A stretch of 63,596 bases of DNA, filler included, from Basidiobolus ranarum (GCA_040143965.1; 7 parts of 7 records of this genome joined end to end with filler, not necessarily neighbours in it), one strand, 5' to 3'. Positions 12,639 to 26,103 are shown, numbered from the whole stretch's first letter. Made by a program: numbers and translations. The notes: generated from the sequence alone by a model not told the origin.

Positions 12639-14726
12639 TCAATTTCCATGTAGAAAGGCCAGGATATGCTGTTCATTCATACCACAAGAGTCTTCACTAC
12701 TTTCAAAAGCCTCTAGGTTGTCGGATGTTACACAAGTCAGGGTATCATTAATGTTAGCACTCAAACTGGTCCCCGAGAATAAAGGAGGTGCAACGACTTG
12801 AGCCTCTAGTAAGGTGTACAATTTCTCAGCCGATTCTTTGATTTGTGTCAGTTGAGAAATATTCTCAGTTGAATACTTCCATATAGGGGTGGACTTTGAA
12901 AGCAGTTCGTAAATTGTATCGATAAGTTGCTTAGCTTGACACGATAAAAGGAACTTTTCTATGTTCATTAAGTTTGTTTTGGTGCCGATGTTCACATTCT
13001 CATCAACAGTACTGTCTATAATAGTAAGAAGAACACGGCAAGTCAAGATGTTATAAAAGAAGGTCACTGGGTCGTCAATCAGTTCTTCTTCGGGTAGAAG
13101 CCGAATAATTCCTATAAACTCTGCGGCTTGATGGGGTCAATAGACAATGTTAATCGGATGTCGTGGATTACATGGGCTAAAAAAAACTTACCTGTTTCAA
13201 GACAATCTCTAAGCAGGCTCACATCCGTTTTATGACAACATAAAGTCATCTCTATCTGATGTAGATGCAACTTGTTGACTAGGTAAATGATTTGCATCCA
13301 CTTCGGGATATTCAGCTGAATGTTACCGGGTTCATTTTCGTCTGCAGTCGCAACATATCGATATTCAGAGGGCAAATGACTTTTCCATGACAGGAGAGCT
13401 CTTTTATATTGCTCAAGTCTTGTTGACGCATCAGGTACATGATCACTATAGTACACCTTCCCGAACAAAGTGGGTATTTTATCACTTCCCTCAATGTTAT
13501 TCAATAGACATGAAATATCGCTGTGAAGGAATTCAATTTCAATCATGAATGACCACATTTTACGATCCTCGTACGATATCCGGGTAGGTGTATTTGGAAG
13601 GTGTAATGTGAGCTGCTGCCATTTGAGTTCATCGCTTGGTGGCAAAATACATGCTGTTTTCTCTTCTGCAACCATTGATCTTTGCTGCACCCAGCGATCG
13701 AGGATTAGCAAACACCAAAATAGTCGCCGATGTTCTTCTTTTTCGATATTTTCTATGGTACTGTTACCCGATCCATCGTACTCAACATCTAACAACGCCA
13801 ATCCCGAGTCCTGTACAATTCTAATAAGGCAAGCGATGTGAGATATTAATAAACAATCGTCATGATAGGTTATGTACCGCTTACTTGGCAGCTAACACTA
13901 AAATAAAGGTTCGAATTAATATTTATCCAGCACTCAACATATATTCATAGAATAGCACTTACTAAGACAAGTTGAGGCAGCAGAATCTGAACCATCATAG
14001 TACAACATCATAGATAAAAATGACAATGCGATTGCGTTATATATGTTAGGCTCCATAAAGACTTGTTGTTGAGCTAGCTGTAGAGCATTTCCTGTGAAAT
14101 CGGTTTCTAATATAATATCAACCCACTTGCTAGGAATGTTTGAGTTCGCAATTCCTGCTTGTTGATTTTTCAAAATGAATCTACTTCCAATAGCAAACAT
14201 ACATTGTAGTAGGAAATCCGGAAGAGCTTGCTTACTCAGGCGATAAAATAAATACTCGTGATGAAATATGGGAGCCGAATAACCAAAGTGTCTTATGAAT
14301 GTACGCAACAGTTCTGTTTGTAAGGCAGGTGGAATTTTTGGAAGCGCAATAGAAGGAGCAGAAAGGGAGAACAAATTCAGGACTGGTGTTCTGTATTTTA
14401 CTTCAGATTCGGGTGAACTTTTTAATAATCTTACTTTCCGTTCTGTGGTTGGCTTTTGGTTGAAAATAAAGCTAGTAGAGCGCATACCAAGCATGTATCC
14501 TTTAGGAGGTCCTCGCTATCACAAAATTATCAATCGATGTAGGACTTACTACTATTTTACTAAAAATACATACTTTACGTGGCCGTTTGTATTCGCAGCT
14601 GGTTTGATTTTTAAAGCACATTGAGCAGACAGGCTTTTCCTTGCTACATTTCCTTTTACGTCGGCGACATTCTTCACACGATAATAAAGAAGGCGTTGAA
14701 ACTTTGGAAGATTTGACCTGGTTCAT
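12639..14726 (-). CDS. Zn(II)2Cys6 (GAL4-type) transcription factor with fungal-specific middle homology domain, multi-exon
   Basis: SCEECRRRKRKCSKEKPVCSMCFKNQTSCEY; intron 14516-14573 joins KRPRK to RGPPKG; EKEEHRRLFWCLLILDR motif; 3' end less certain. Confidence 0.9.
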
Positions 14727-16555
14727 GGTATTTTCATAGAGTCTAGTAATTATTCTTTATCGCATCATTCATTGAAGTGGCAACATTTATGAATGTTAGC
14801 AAAATAGCCACTAGTAAGAAGTCAATCGATATGGATCAGGTGACTTACGGAGATGATCTTTGCCTGCGGATATCCAAGAGAAGAATTTCTAGAACCCAGC
14901 CTATGGAAATGGGCTAATGAAACAAACCCAATTGAGTTTAAGCAATCACCTCAGTGTCGCAATACTATCAGGATGGTCTGAGTCAACTTTGTGGGGACAT
15001 CGCATATTTTTCCGGATATTGCCCATTTGTTTGCCAAGCTTTGCCTATTCTAACAAATACCTGCAGTGGAGGGTAATTGGGTAGATTGTCGTTTGAACAT
15101 TGTAGACATAAAATTTCTAACAGGTAAACCGATAAAAAGGTAGTTTTGAGGGAGTGTACATGCCGAAATAATGGAATGTATATCAGAATAGGACCACATT
15201 GACTTGGGCTAAATACCAATGAATTGATACATTAAAACGCCAATAAGAGCGCACAATGTTTACCAGGTTTTGAGGTGCTGATTTCGTGTCTAGAGAATTT
15301 GCCGGCTACAAAGCTTGACATTTATTGCTTATTCAAATGCAAATGCCCATTATATGACTGTAGCCTCTTACGCAATGCTGTTCCTCGTCAAAATGCATTA
15401 ACTATGTCGCTTCTATCCCAAAGTATACAAGAATCTGTATGTAGCATAAATAGGTCAACTGGATAAATGTACCTTCTAACAGAAGATTTTCTATGCACTA
15501 TGAATACATATAGTTGGTTTTAATTAACTACTCATGGTGCCTCATTCTAAATCTATCGTAAGCAGCATCTCTTGAGTTAGATTAGTGCCTTATCCCTGGA
15601 GCTCTGTTGAGTTAAAGTTAAAGTTTGTCAAGAGATAGCACTCGGACAGTATTATCATGCTTGAAAGTATTCCGATCTCTGTAAAGATAGCTATCTTCAT
15701 GAGTTGAAATAATCGAATTCTTAATATATTATGTATCATCAACTCAAACACCATCAATATTTTGAATAGCATGATTTTTCCATCTACTTTTAAGCACTAG
15801 TATTATATGTATCCTGTGGTAGCTCCAAATTCAATTGCAGATGTCTGGCTATATCTAGATATTTGAAATTACTACATTCGCTATTTTATGTATATAATAT
15901 ATGTAAATTCTTAGATATTGGAAGAGCTACCAATTCACAATAATCACTCAAGCTGAACTCCATACAGATATAACATCCCTGATGGATTGAACTGGTGTTA
16001 AATACTTATAGTTTATGGAATATGTACAACAATACGAAGTTGTAAGAATTTGAGTCGCCATTACTCTAGTTGTGGTAAGCATTTGTTGTTAGTATTGATA
16101 GTCTTAATATATATTCAAATATATCACCTATATGTCAATACAATATGTACCACCATAGAGAACATCTACATTTCTAATATAATACAGTGTTGTATAGAAA
16201 ATCCATAAAGTACTTTTTGAAAATGCTGCTATATTTTCGTATATCCTTGTGGCGGATCTGAATGATTTTATATAAGTGATCAACTCATTTGAGGATGTAG
16301 AAGTTACTATGTTGACCTGTTAAACTCAATAGAGTATGGTTAGGGGGGATACTGTAACTCGAGTAAAAGCACCAATGATAAATTTACGAAACGGCCATAA
16401 ACCCCTAGTATAAGATCGGCTAACAAAACATAACCGATGTGATAAAACTTCAATTTCAAAACATGACTGTTATTTAAAGTTCTGATTTGTCAGTCAAGAA
16501 GATAGAATTACATCGAAAATGACGTTATATTGAGATGATTGATGAATATTCATAT

Positions 16556-17010
16556 TCAAGCTAAATCACCTGGATTAGGCCTTCCGCTGGATGTATAATA
16601 GACATGAAAGTGATCCTCAGCTCCAACATGTTCAGAGCCATCAAAATTGCTATCTGGCAGTGTAGGATCCATTCCACATTGTCTTAGTTTACCATCCCCC
16701 TGGATGATTTTTTCTTCACCTTGTTTCTTCAGTGAACTGTTACCAAGGATGGAACCAACACTAGACTATTTCAATGATTAGACATCGCTCAATAACAAAG
16801 TAACTTGGATTCACTTCGATGCTAAGCACTTACCGTAATAGAACCGCTCACTTTGTCCTTGAGTGCTGATATAGTATCTTTTTTGGAGCCACGCTCATTT
16901 GTTCCCAGCTCTTGGTCGGGATTATTACTTTGGTGGCTGGGACTGGAGTTGTCCGAGATGGACGAATCCATGTCAGTGGATAGAAGATATTCAGCAGAGG
17001 GTCGTCTCAT
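16556..17010 (-). CDS. Small CsbD-like stress-response protein; join(17010..16834, 16765..16556)
   Basis: A 68-bp GT-AG intron restores KDKVSGSITSSVGSILGNSSLKKQGEEKIIQG, which resembles the CsbD repeat. Confidence 0.65.
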
Positions 17011-18129
17011 GATGTCGATTGTACGTTTAGGCGTAGCAGTGGATCTTTATTATTAGATCTACTGGCAGGTTCAATATTTTTAAGCCATTGTGATAGCCTG
17101 GTACACTTTTAAAGCCTTTGAAATCTAGATGACTTCAGAATTAGGTATCAATAGCACTGTATCATAGGGCAATAAAAGGAAGCTGACCTAGACTATTTAA
17201 TATAAGCTTCCTTACAGGGCCAAAACCCTGTAGTACAGCAATGATGGCATCCATCCAAATGATTTAAGAGCCATTAACGTTGGCTCTGACCCCCTTGAAA
17301 TGCCAACTAGTAAAAAGGCCGTTTCCAAATACAACATCCACAGAAACACTTCTCACTCGCCGATAGGATTTCATTACCGACGCACTACTACTTATCCCAT
17401 GAGGCTAATAGAATCCGGCATTATCTGTGAACTTGGCAACGAGGGCTATACAGCGCAATCCCTTGGTTTTGGCCCCCAAGTGATGTAAGCTATGTGTGTA
17501 ATAATGACATGTAAGATATGGTTTATGCGATCACAGCACTGATGGTATGACACAAATTCATTCGATCAACTCGTGTGTGAGTGAAGTGCAGGCGAAATGC
17601 AGATTGCATGACTCTCATGTCATACTCCTCATTCGCATTCCAAGTGTTTAAATAACTCATCATCCCTGGTCCCACTGGGCGCAACTCAGAACTTTGTAGC
17701 CTTTGCAATGAGTAACCTCTCAACCGAACAATTAATTCTCACTCAAGAGTCTGATCTCCAACCCTGTACAAACGGCACGTTGACTGGATTGGTCAGTGAG
17801 ATAGGTGAAAGCATCACGGTTAGGCCTGACTGAAAATATCGAAAAGCCCAATAAATATCCATCTAAAATTTCTCTTAGACTAATTTAGGATTGTTATTCG
17901 GAGACGAAAATGTGCGAAAGATGAATCATTCGGAAGCCACAGCATCAACTCACCAAAAAGACTCGACTGAGCCAAGCGTGTCGGGATCAAATCAGAACCT
18001 TGAGTGAAATCCACTTACCCAATATAGTCGTGACAATGGAAACGCGATGATTTGTGGATGTTATTTACATATATACATATATAAATTGGTTTTATATTTA
18101 AATTGGAAGACCCGAAAGTGGTGTTTCAG

Positions 18130-18229
18130 NNNNNNNNNNNNNNNNNNNNNNNNNNNNNNNNNNNNNNNNNNNNTTAATTAATTAANNNNNNNNNNNNNNN
18201 NNNNNNNNNNNNNNNNNNNNNNNNNNNNN
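18130..18229. other. Artificial contig linker
   Basis: N44-TTAATTAATTAA-N44. Confidence 0.99.
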
Positions 18230-18371
18230 AATGCCAGTTACCAATAAAGATTCTTGCCAAAGTATCTTTGTTGTCCAGTCTTGTCCAGTCTTGTCTTGTT
18301 GTGTGGTCTACACCCAAGTACTCTCCTGCCTTCTAGCCTCTTGTTGTTGTTTCCAGTGCTTGTCCAGTTCC

Positions 18372-21200
18372 TTATTGTGACACTGTTGTTGAAAGTGCTA
18401 TGGTAGGTTGTTTCTTTGAATTCCAAGAAATAGCTCCATTACAGCAAAGAAATAAGTATCTTGTTGTCAATCTCCTGTCTTCAATATCTCTTCCCCAATT
18501 TGTATCTGAATAACCCATCAAATCAAGGTTTGATCCAGAATATGTGTATTTTAAGCATAGATCCACAATACCTTTCAAATATCTGAAAATCCACTCAACT
18601 GCTATGATTTGATCAGATCCATAATTTTGAAGATATTGGCACATAACTCCCATGGAATATGCAATATCTGGCCATGTTCCAACCATGATATACATCAAAC
18701 TACCAACCATTGATTGATAAGGAAATTTCTGGCTTTCATTTAAATCCAAAAGCTTCTGTTTGGGCCATTTTTGGTCAAGTTAGGATTTGTCTCCATTGGG
18801 GTAGATACTGGATTACATTCTTCCATTTTACACTTCCTTGGTATATATAGGATATACTTAGACTGGTTTAAAGTTATTGTTTTGGAAGTTCTATCCATCT
18901 TTATTTGGATTCCAAGATTGTGCATCAGTTAACCAAGATAAGTCATTTTGAATTTGGCCAGTAAGCTGGATTTGGATCTCACCAAAGTCTTCAAGTGATT
19001 GGTAGCTATAATAAGGTCTTCTACATAAAAGGCTAATAAAACTGGGTTTGTCTTATCTGGCCTGAAGTTGATACTATACTCAGCATTACTCTTTTGGAAT
19101 TTCAGTGTTTCTAAAAGAGCATCTCTCTTGCTATTCCAAGGTCTTGGAGATTTTTTAAGTCATAGAATGTTTTCCAGAGTCTGGAAGCTTTTTTAGGGTT
19201 TTCTGGGTCCACAAATCCATCAAGCTGGTCCATATAGATCTCTTCAGCAAGCTCACCTTTCAAAAAGCAGTTTTAACACCCATTTGATATAACTAAACTG
19301 ATATTGAGCTGAATTTGCTAAAATCAATCTGATTGAATTAAACTTTACTACAGGAGCAAAAGTCTCTGTATAATCAATTCCTGGTGTTTGGGAACAGCCT
19401 TTGGCTACTAGTCTAGGCTTGTACCTTTCTATTTTGCCATCAGAGTTGTAGTTAAGCTTAAACATCCATTGGTGGTCAATTGATTTTCTATCATCTGGTA
19501 AGTTGGTTAAAATTCAAGTTTGATTATGAATCAAAGCCTGATACTCAATTGCCATTGCAGATCTCCAAAATTTTGTGTGAGGGCTATTCAGGGCTTCTTT
19601 TATAGTCTTGGGTTCATGTATTTGAGCTGTGCCAGCATAGGCCCAATTTAGGGACTCATTGATATGCTAATCAGGGCTATTTTGAACCAAATTTGATCTG
19701 CTGGTTTGGAATAAAGTTACTACAGCTTCTGACATTGTATTGGGCACTTCAGCAGGCATAATTTTGGTTGAAGGCTCCACAGGAATGATTTTCTCTTCAT
19801 TGTTTTGGTTTAAATCAATTTGAATGGTTCAATCAGGTGAAAATTGATTTCTGTCATTATCTGAGGTTTTTTTGGGTAAAAATTTTCATTTTCAATAAAC
19901 AAAACATCCCTGGACTTGATTAACTTGGAAAATTTGATATCATAGAGTCTGTAGGCCTTAGTTTGAGTACAATAGCCCAGATATATGCATTTCTTACTCT
20001 TTGGAGCAAATATGGACCAATTTTTGGTCATAATCTTGACATAAGCAATGCATCCAAAGATCCTCAAATGTTTTACATCAGGTTTAACTCCAAACCAAGC
20101 TTAATATGGTGTAGAGTTAGACAGACTTGTAGTGAACTCCTATTCTTCAGATATACAGCTGTAGCAACAGATTCCACTAAGAAGTTATGAGATAAATTTT
20201 GTGCATTTATCACAGATCTTGCCATTTTTATTGTAGTCCTGTTAGCTCTTTGAGCAACTCCATTTTTTTGAGGTGAATAGGGGGCAGTAGTTTCTTGATT
20301 TATTCCATGAACTTTGCAAAAGTGCTTAAATAGTATTGAAGTATGTTCTCCACCAGTATTTATTTTAATATTTATTTTCTTAAATTTAGTTCCAGTTTCA
20401 GTCTCCACAGGTGTTTTAAAATCTCTAAAGATAGAGAGAGCTTCTTCTCTTCTTCCATAAAGTAGACCCAAGTATATCTTTTATAATTATCTGTAAATGT
20501 GATTAAATATCTTTTTCTGCCTAAAGATGAATTTTGCACAGGTCCACACAAATCTGAATAAATTAGATCCAACTTTTTGACATATTTGATTCAACCAGAG
20601 CTCTGGAATGGTTGCCTGGCTTGTTTTCCATATATGCAACCCTCACAAATTTACATTTTGGTTGGGGGGTTGATATGAATTCCAAAAATTAGGCAATTTT
20701 AGATCATTTTGCTCAAATAATCAAATTCAATATGGCCAAATCCCTGATGCCATAATTGTATAGTTTCTTAATTGAAATAACTTATACTTACACATAAACC
20801 TCTTGGATTATATGTAAGTTTGTTTAAGTTCTAATCCTTTTCTCCCAAAGTCAAATAATTCCCATTTTGATCAGTGATAGGGCATCCCGACTTATTAAAT
20901 TGACTTTTAGCCCTTCTGAGGTGGCCTTGCATAGAGATATTAAATTCTTGGCAATATCTATAACAAGTAGTTCATCCTTTAAAGTATATACTTTCTCTTC
21001 AGAAGCTCCAGTTAAATTGACTTGAATTGTTCCCATTCTAATTGCATCCAATGTGCAGGCATCTTGCATGAAAACCTTTCTAATTGAGATTTCATCATAA
21101 TCCACAAACCAATGTTTTTCATTTGTGAAATGTTGGGAAGCTCCAGATTCAATATACCATGTCTGAGAATCCTAGTTGGTAGTCATAATTTGAACAGATA
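18372..21200 (-). mobile_element. Degenerate Ty1/Copia pol (PR-IN-RT-RH), with many stops and frameshifts
   Basis: In Copia order: [88 protein letters not shown]. Confidence 0.95.
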
Positions 21201-21399
21201 CAAACAAGTTGAATATTCCTCATCTGAAGTCACTTTGTGCATACTTGCACTGCATTTTTTCTTCATACTTTGGAAGATAACCCTCAAGCACTTTGACTTT
21301 TTTTATATTTCCTTGTAGTGTGAAACTACTGAGGGTGCTTTGTGGTGCTTGTCTGGCTTTTTGCTTGGCTTTATGATTGTGGCTAATTTAACACTTTGA

Positions 21400-22304
21400 A
21401 AATACCTTTTGATGTTGGAGAGCTGTGAGGTTGATTTGCTGGTGTTTTAGCCTGTTGAGAGGTGCCAGGTGTTGGAAAAACTTCCAAATATAGCAATCTT
21501 CCAACTGGTGTACCTAGTTCCATTGTGAAGTTAAGCATTTTTGCTGGTATATCTAACTCTGGAAATATAGATTTTCAGAATGGTGAGAATAATTTGGTAA
21601 GTGGGCCAGTGGAGCCTAAATGCACTTGCTGCTTTGCTTTCCCTTGGGTTTATTAACTTCCTGCTCCTTGAATACTTCCTTAACCACCATTCATTCTTTT
21701 CCAAGCTGACATTTTTGTACATTTTTGAGATGTTTCAGGAACAGGCCTATACTAACCTAATTGCCATTTGCTTGCAAAAACCCAGGATAAGTCACATGAA
21801 ATTAGTCAAGAACATTCATAGTAACACCCGGTTTTTGGTTTTTCCACAATTGGCTCATCAAGGTGATTTTGGGCAAGATTCCACACATTTTCCAAAATGT
21901 CAAACCACTCATCATCAGAGCAAGTGATGGCAGCTCTGACATTCAGAGTCTTTTGGTTTGCTGGTTCTCCTATGAGATTCCTACTTTCATGTGCCCAGGC
22001 AATTTTGGGTCTTTGTGTAGGCTTAATAGTACAACATATGTTCTGCTCTGCTAGATTGTCATGGTGACATTCATATTTATGGTGTAGGATTTATTGAAAT
22101 CTTAAGCATTCTGAAGGTCTTGTATCATTGTTGAGTGACTTCTAGCTCTTGATTAGTTGCTTCAGAATGCTGCATTAATTGCAATATTGCAGTGTTATTG
22201 CTAGTCATGACCTGTATAGCAACTTTGTAGTATGTTAATGACTGCATGCAAATCATTACAGTGTTCTCCTTGCAATTCCCTTGTTGTAGTAATTCTATCC
22301 AAAT
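21400..22304 (-). repeat. Unclassified dispersed repeat family A (probable decayed transposon)
   Basis: Reverse complement aligns over about 0.9 kb with 46843-47813. Confidence 0.75.
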
Positions 22305-22319
22305 TTTAATAAAAGTAAA

Positions 22320-22398
22320 AATGTGGATAAACTATAAGATAACTAAATACTATGCTATATATGGCAGTATAGGTGTCTGTGCAATGCCAACTTCAACA
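22320..22398 (-). mobile_element. LTR 5' end fragment (family 2)
   Basis: Similar to 120-191, ending ...cttcaaca on the + strand. Confidence 0.55.
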
Positions 22399-22491
22399 AC
22401 AATGCAGAAGGCAGAATGGTTAATTAGTGGACTTGTATGTTCAGAGCCTTGCAAATTTAGATTTTTCTTACAATTACCTGATGCAACAACT

Positions 22492-22812
22492 TAGTTGAGG
22501 GAGAGTTTTGAAATTAGCATTACCTGAGCACCTAAATAGTAATATATAAGCTTATATTTGGTTATTTTATATTTCACTACAATGTTGCTCAATATTCACA
22601 ATTAGAATTTACTTTTAATAACTTTACCAACTTGGAAGTTCAGAGATATGCCCATTTCTTAAAACTTGGGCTAGAGGCCCAAACTTTGCACATATGTTCT
22701 TGAGACCTTCCTTGACACACCTTACCCTCCTTGCACACATGTTCCTTGGACCTTCTTTAACACATTCTACATGTTACTTTGCTTACATCTTGACATAACT
22801 TTTAATGTCAAC
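22492..22812 (+). mobile_element. Polypurine tract plus 3' LTR (family 2)
   Basis: AGTTGAGGGAGAG followed by TTTTGAAATTAGCATTACC...TGTCAAC; homologous to 11740-11926. Confidence 0.7.
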
Positions 22813-22892
22813 TTTTAAATGCATAAATAAATAAGTGAAACCACCAATTTCTCTAATTGTCCAAACCACTGCCAACAGGTCCCCAAAATACT

Positions 22893-23399
22893 TTAACAAA
22901 AACCATGCTTATGAGCTGCATTTCAGGACAATACCATGTTTTGGACCAGTGTTATGGCTAATACCATGTTTACAACCAGTGTCACAGGACAGTATCATGT
23001 TTACAAGCAGTATGAAAAGACAATACCATCTTTACAAGCAGCATTACAAAGCAATACCATAGTTTGGAGCAGTGTTACAGGATTATACTACATTTACAAC
23101 CAGCGTCACAGGACAGTGTCATGTTTACAAGCAGTATGACAGGAAAATGCCACTATTACAAACAGCTTTACAGGGCAATACCATCATTTGGAGCAGTGTT
23201 ACAGGATTATACTATATTTACAAGTGGCGTTACAGAAAAATTTTATGTTTAGGAACAACATTTCAAAATAGTACCATGTTTACAAGTAGTACTGAAGGAC
23301 AATATTAACATTACGAGCAGTGTTATAGTAAAACAACATATTTACAACCATTGTGAGAGGTTAATACCAGCATTAGGAACTGCACTACAAGATAATACC
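22893..23399. repeat. 31-bp minisatellite, about 16 diverged units, consensus ~CAGGACAATACCATGTTTACAAGCAGTGTTA
   Basis: Units read directly; a higher-order 4-unit (124-bp) duplication is visible. Confidence 0.9.
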
Positions 23400-23560
23400 T
23401 GCCACTGTAACCATCACCAGCACCGCCATCACCACTGCTTCTCAAAACAAGCCAACTGATGTCCCATCTGCTAAGTGCGTGAATCGTGCTTAAACATACC
23501 TTGATTACGTAACTGTGGCGATTTCTCCATCTGTTCTGATGATAAATTAGTTTAGTTTAC
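23400..23560 (+). pseudogene. Fragment of a Thr-rich/CBM19-like gene
   Basis: ATVTITSTAITTASQNKPTDVPSAKCVNRA*, then frameshifted GDFSICSDDKLV; resembles the C-terminus of 54614-57652. Confidence 0.45.
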
Positions 23561-24061
23561 CAACTAAGAGGACCAGGTTATTGCCACAATATCATTGATG
23601 ATTCTTGAACTACACCACTCTTATTGATATTACTGTCAGCGAAGATTTCCAACTACTACCATAGACTATCCACTAGCAATTCAGATTTATACATAAGTTC
23701 TTTATTATATACAGATCTGAAAGTCTCTAAGCATTAATCAACAAATGGTATAGTCAATGCAAAGCATTTCACATACCAACCGCAATTCAACTGATGCTGC
23801 AATTGATGTATAAAAACCTATCGAGCTGTAACCAAAGTTATTTTTAATTCAGCAAACCAAGAACCACATAAAGCCTCATCATGGCTACCAATCTAACAAA
23901 AGCCACCCAAATTTAACCAATCGGAGCGCAAACGCCACTTTCTCTTGAGTTGTCTAACAAGATGTATCACTTAATGCTGGGTCAAAACTGGTGAGGCGTA
24001 CTCGATTCAATCCACGGAAGATAACAGCCTTTTCTTTGTTTGCTTTCTCCATACCATAGCG

Positions 24062-24345
24062 ATGATAGCAATGAAGCTCACATATATGCTGTACCTCATC
24101 ACTACTTTTATTCAAGCGTACAGGGACTACAGCAACTCATTTGCCTGCACTGGATTCAACTTACGCAAGTCTTTTTTTTACTGCTTCATCTTGGTTTTTT
24201 TCAGAATTTCAATTACAAAAATGGAAATAAGAAGTTCAACATGGATGTGGGCACGGACAATAACTCAATCTATGATCCTGACCACCAGTTATACATTACC
24301 CGATCAGATCTGAACAACAATCAATTTGGGACTTCGCTTGATTGA
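24062..24345 (+). mobile_element. Highly decayed Ty3/Gypsy RT thumb/connection remnant
   Basis: CTGFNLRKSF...WMW...LTTSYTLPD resembles the FLGLTGYYRRF...F.W...LT..PVL..PD pattern. Confidence 0.35.
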
Positions 24346-24957
24346 CTAGAATTGTTGATAATATCCACAACTAGGATATTCTTGAATTCCTGGAAATCGA
24401 ATGCAACTAAATCACAACAGAAGAATATCGTAATTGATCTATCTTCATAGACACTAAAAAAGATCTAAATATAACCTAATAAAAACCAAATTTGGTATCC
24501 CGGAAAAGAAGGTCTTCTTCAAGTTTTATAGGTTGAATAGTGGAAAATGTGAAGACATACAAGCAAGTCGTTGTCTAGATTGATATTTAGTGGAAAGAGG
24601 ATATGGCATCGGATGAAGCGTTGGTAAGTGGTTGGTACTATTATCTTGTTAAAATTGCTTTTTTGGTGCATATTGGCCTTGCTGAAGTTTGATAGGCTGC
24701 AAGTGGTAGTCCAACTTCTGGACAAAAAGCCTTATCGTTCACATCCTATTACCCATGGTATGTGCTAAATGGAACAAAAGTTCCAACTATAGTATTAAGT
24801 CTCCACCAATTAACTGAGTTAATAACTCCTTTACTCAAACATTTCGATTTTGTGGTGACTTAATAAATGAGATTTCATACACCGATGATTTCAAAAATAT
24901 ATAAATATTCCTCCATATTTTCAGTGAAACTTATTGTCCAAACATCTATTGTTGAAG

Positions 24958-26103
24958 ATGCAATTTGCTATTAAAGTTCTTGCTGGCATTGCTGCCGCAT
25001 CTGTTGCCTTTGCTTCTGCTTCACCTTCCGAGAAGTCTACTGAGATCCGTAAGCCTGCAAGACCTGGTAGGAATACTACTATTCCTGCTATGCCTGAGTG
25101 GATGAAAGAAGAAGGAGAAGGTTTTGGCGTTACTATGGATGTAGCTCAAGCTTTTGCTGAAGCCCTTGTAGGACTTTTCAACTCCCGTCAACCTAAAAGT
25201 GTAAGTCCTCATACTATTGAAGCCGAAATTTGGTCATCTGTTTGGAATGGTGGTAACATGTATCTCGGAGTACAAACTCGTGATATGGAAGAAGGGGATC
25301 CTTATTTGGGCAGTATATTTCCTGGCAAGTGTTCTGCCAGTTGTAATGGCCCCAGTGGTCAAACCTCATATAATGTTCCATTGATGAATGCGAACGCTGC
25401 TGCTACTACATACATTGATTTAGAAGGTGTGAGTGGAAGTAATACTATAGCTCAGGTTCAATCTGTACAACTTGCTGCAAATACTCCCGCATACACTTTT
25501 CTGGAGGCATATTGCTTTGACATGGGCCCTACCACTATTGTAGGATTTTCCAGTGGTATGCATAATATTTGCTTGAATGCAGATATAATGATGACTTGCG
25601 CTTCGATAACCAATAGATGGATATATACAGGTGTAGATAAACCTGTAATTACAATGTTCAGTCAAGGTTCTACAATTGCCGCCCACAATCTTTATATCAA
25701 CAATGTTCCAAACATGATTGAATGGGAGGATGACCTATTTAATGGAAAAGATATTACCGGAGCATTATGGAACTATTGTTGGACAATAGATGTTGACTTG
25801 GGAAGTTATGATGGAGACGGTGAATTTCAAGGTTCTTCAGAGAAATGTAATTGGAATGCCGCCGCAAATAGTCAAAGTTGTCGTATTACAAATGGTCAAT
25901 GGATTGCTCCTAGTACCTGTGGTAAATGTAATGGAGGATTTGCCGAAGAAGATGCTTCCCTAAATGGCACTGAATATATCAAGACAAATTCAAACAATCC
26001 TGTTCCCAAGATGAGAGAAGAAGATAGAGAAAAATTACAGCAAGCAGTTGGCAAATTTAAATTATTTAGAGAAAAATATGAACAACAACCAATGCAAAAT
26101 TAA
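24958..26103 (+). CDS. Intronless secreted Cys-containing protein of unknown family (about 381 aa)
   Basis: Long ORF with signal peptide MQFAIKVLAGIAAASVAFA; TATATAAAT near 24898; no recognised domain. Confidence 0.85.
   Translation: MQFAIKVLAGIAAASVAFASASPSEKSTEIRKPARPGRNTTIPAMPEWMKEEGEGFGVTMDVAQAFAEALVGLFNSRQPKSVSPHTIEAEIWSSVWNGGNMYLGVQTRDMEEGDPYLGSIFPGKCSASCNGPSGQTSYNVPLMNANAAATTYIDLEGVSGSNTIAQVQSVQLAANTPAYTFLEAYCFDMGPTTIVGFSSGMHNICLNADIMMTCASITNRWIYTGVDKPVITMFSQGSTIAAHNLYINNVPNMIEWEDDLFNGKDITGALWNYCWTIDVDLGSYDGDGEFQGSSEKCNWNAAANSQSCRITNGQWIAPSTCGKCNGGFAEEDASLNGTEYIKTNSNNPVPKMREEDREKLQQAVGKFKLFREKYEQQPMQN

Noticed and set aside
15590-15970. Imperfect inverted repeats suggesting a MITE (GGTAGCTC...GAGCTACC)
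   Set aside because: Short, no TSD identified, and no second copy in the window
22893-23399. Possible CRISPR array
   Set aside because: Contiguous diverged tandem units without unique spacers, eukaryotic context, no cas genes
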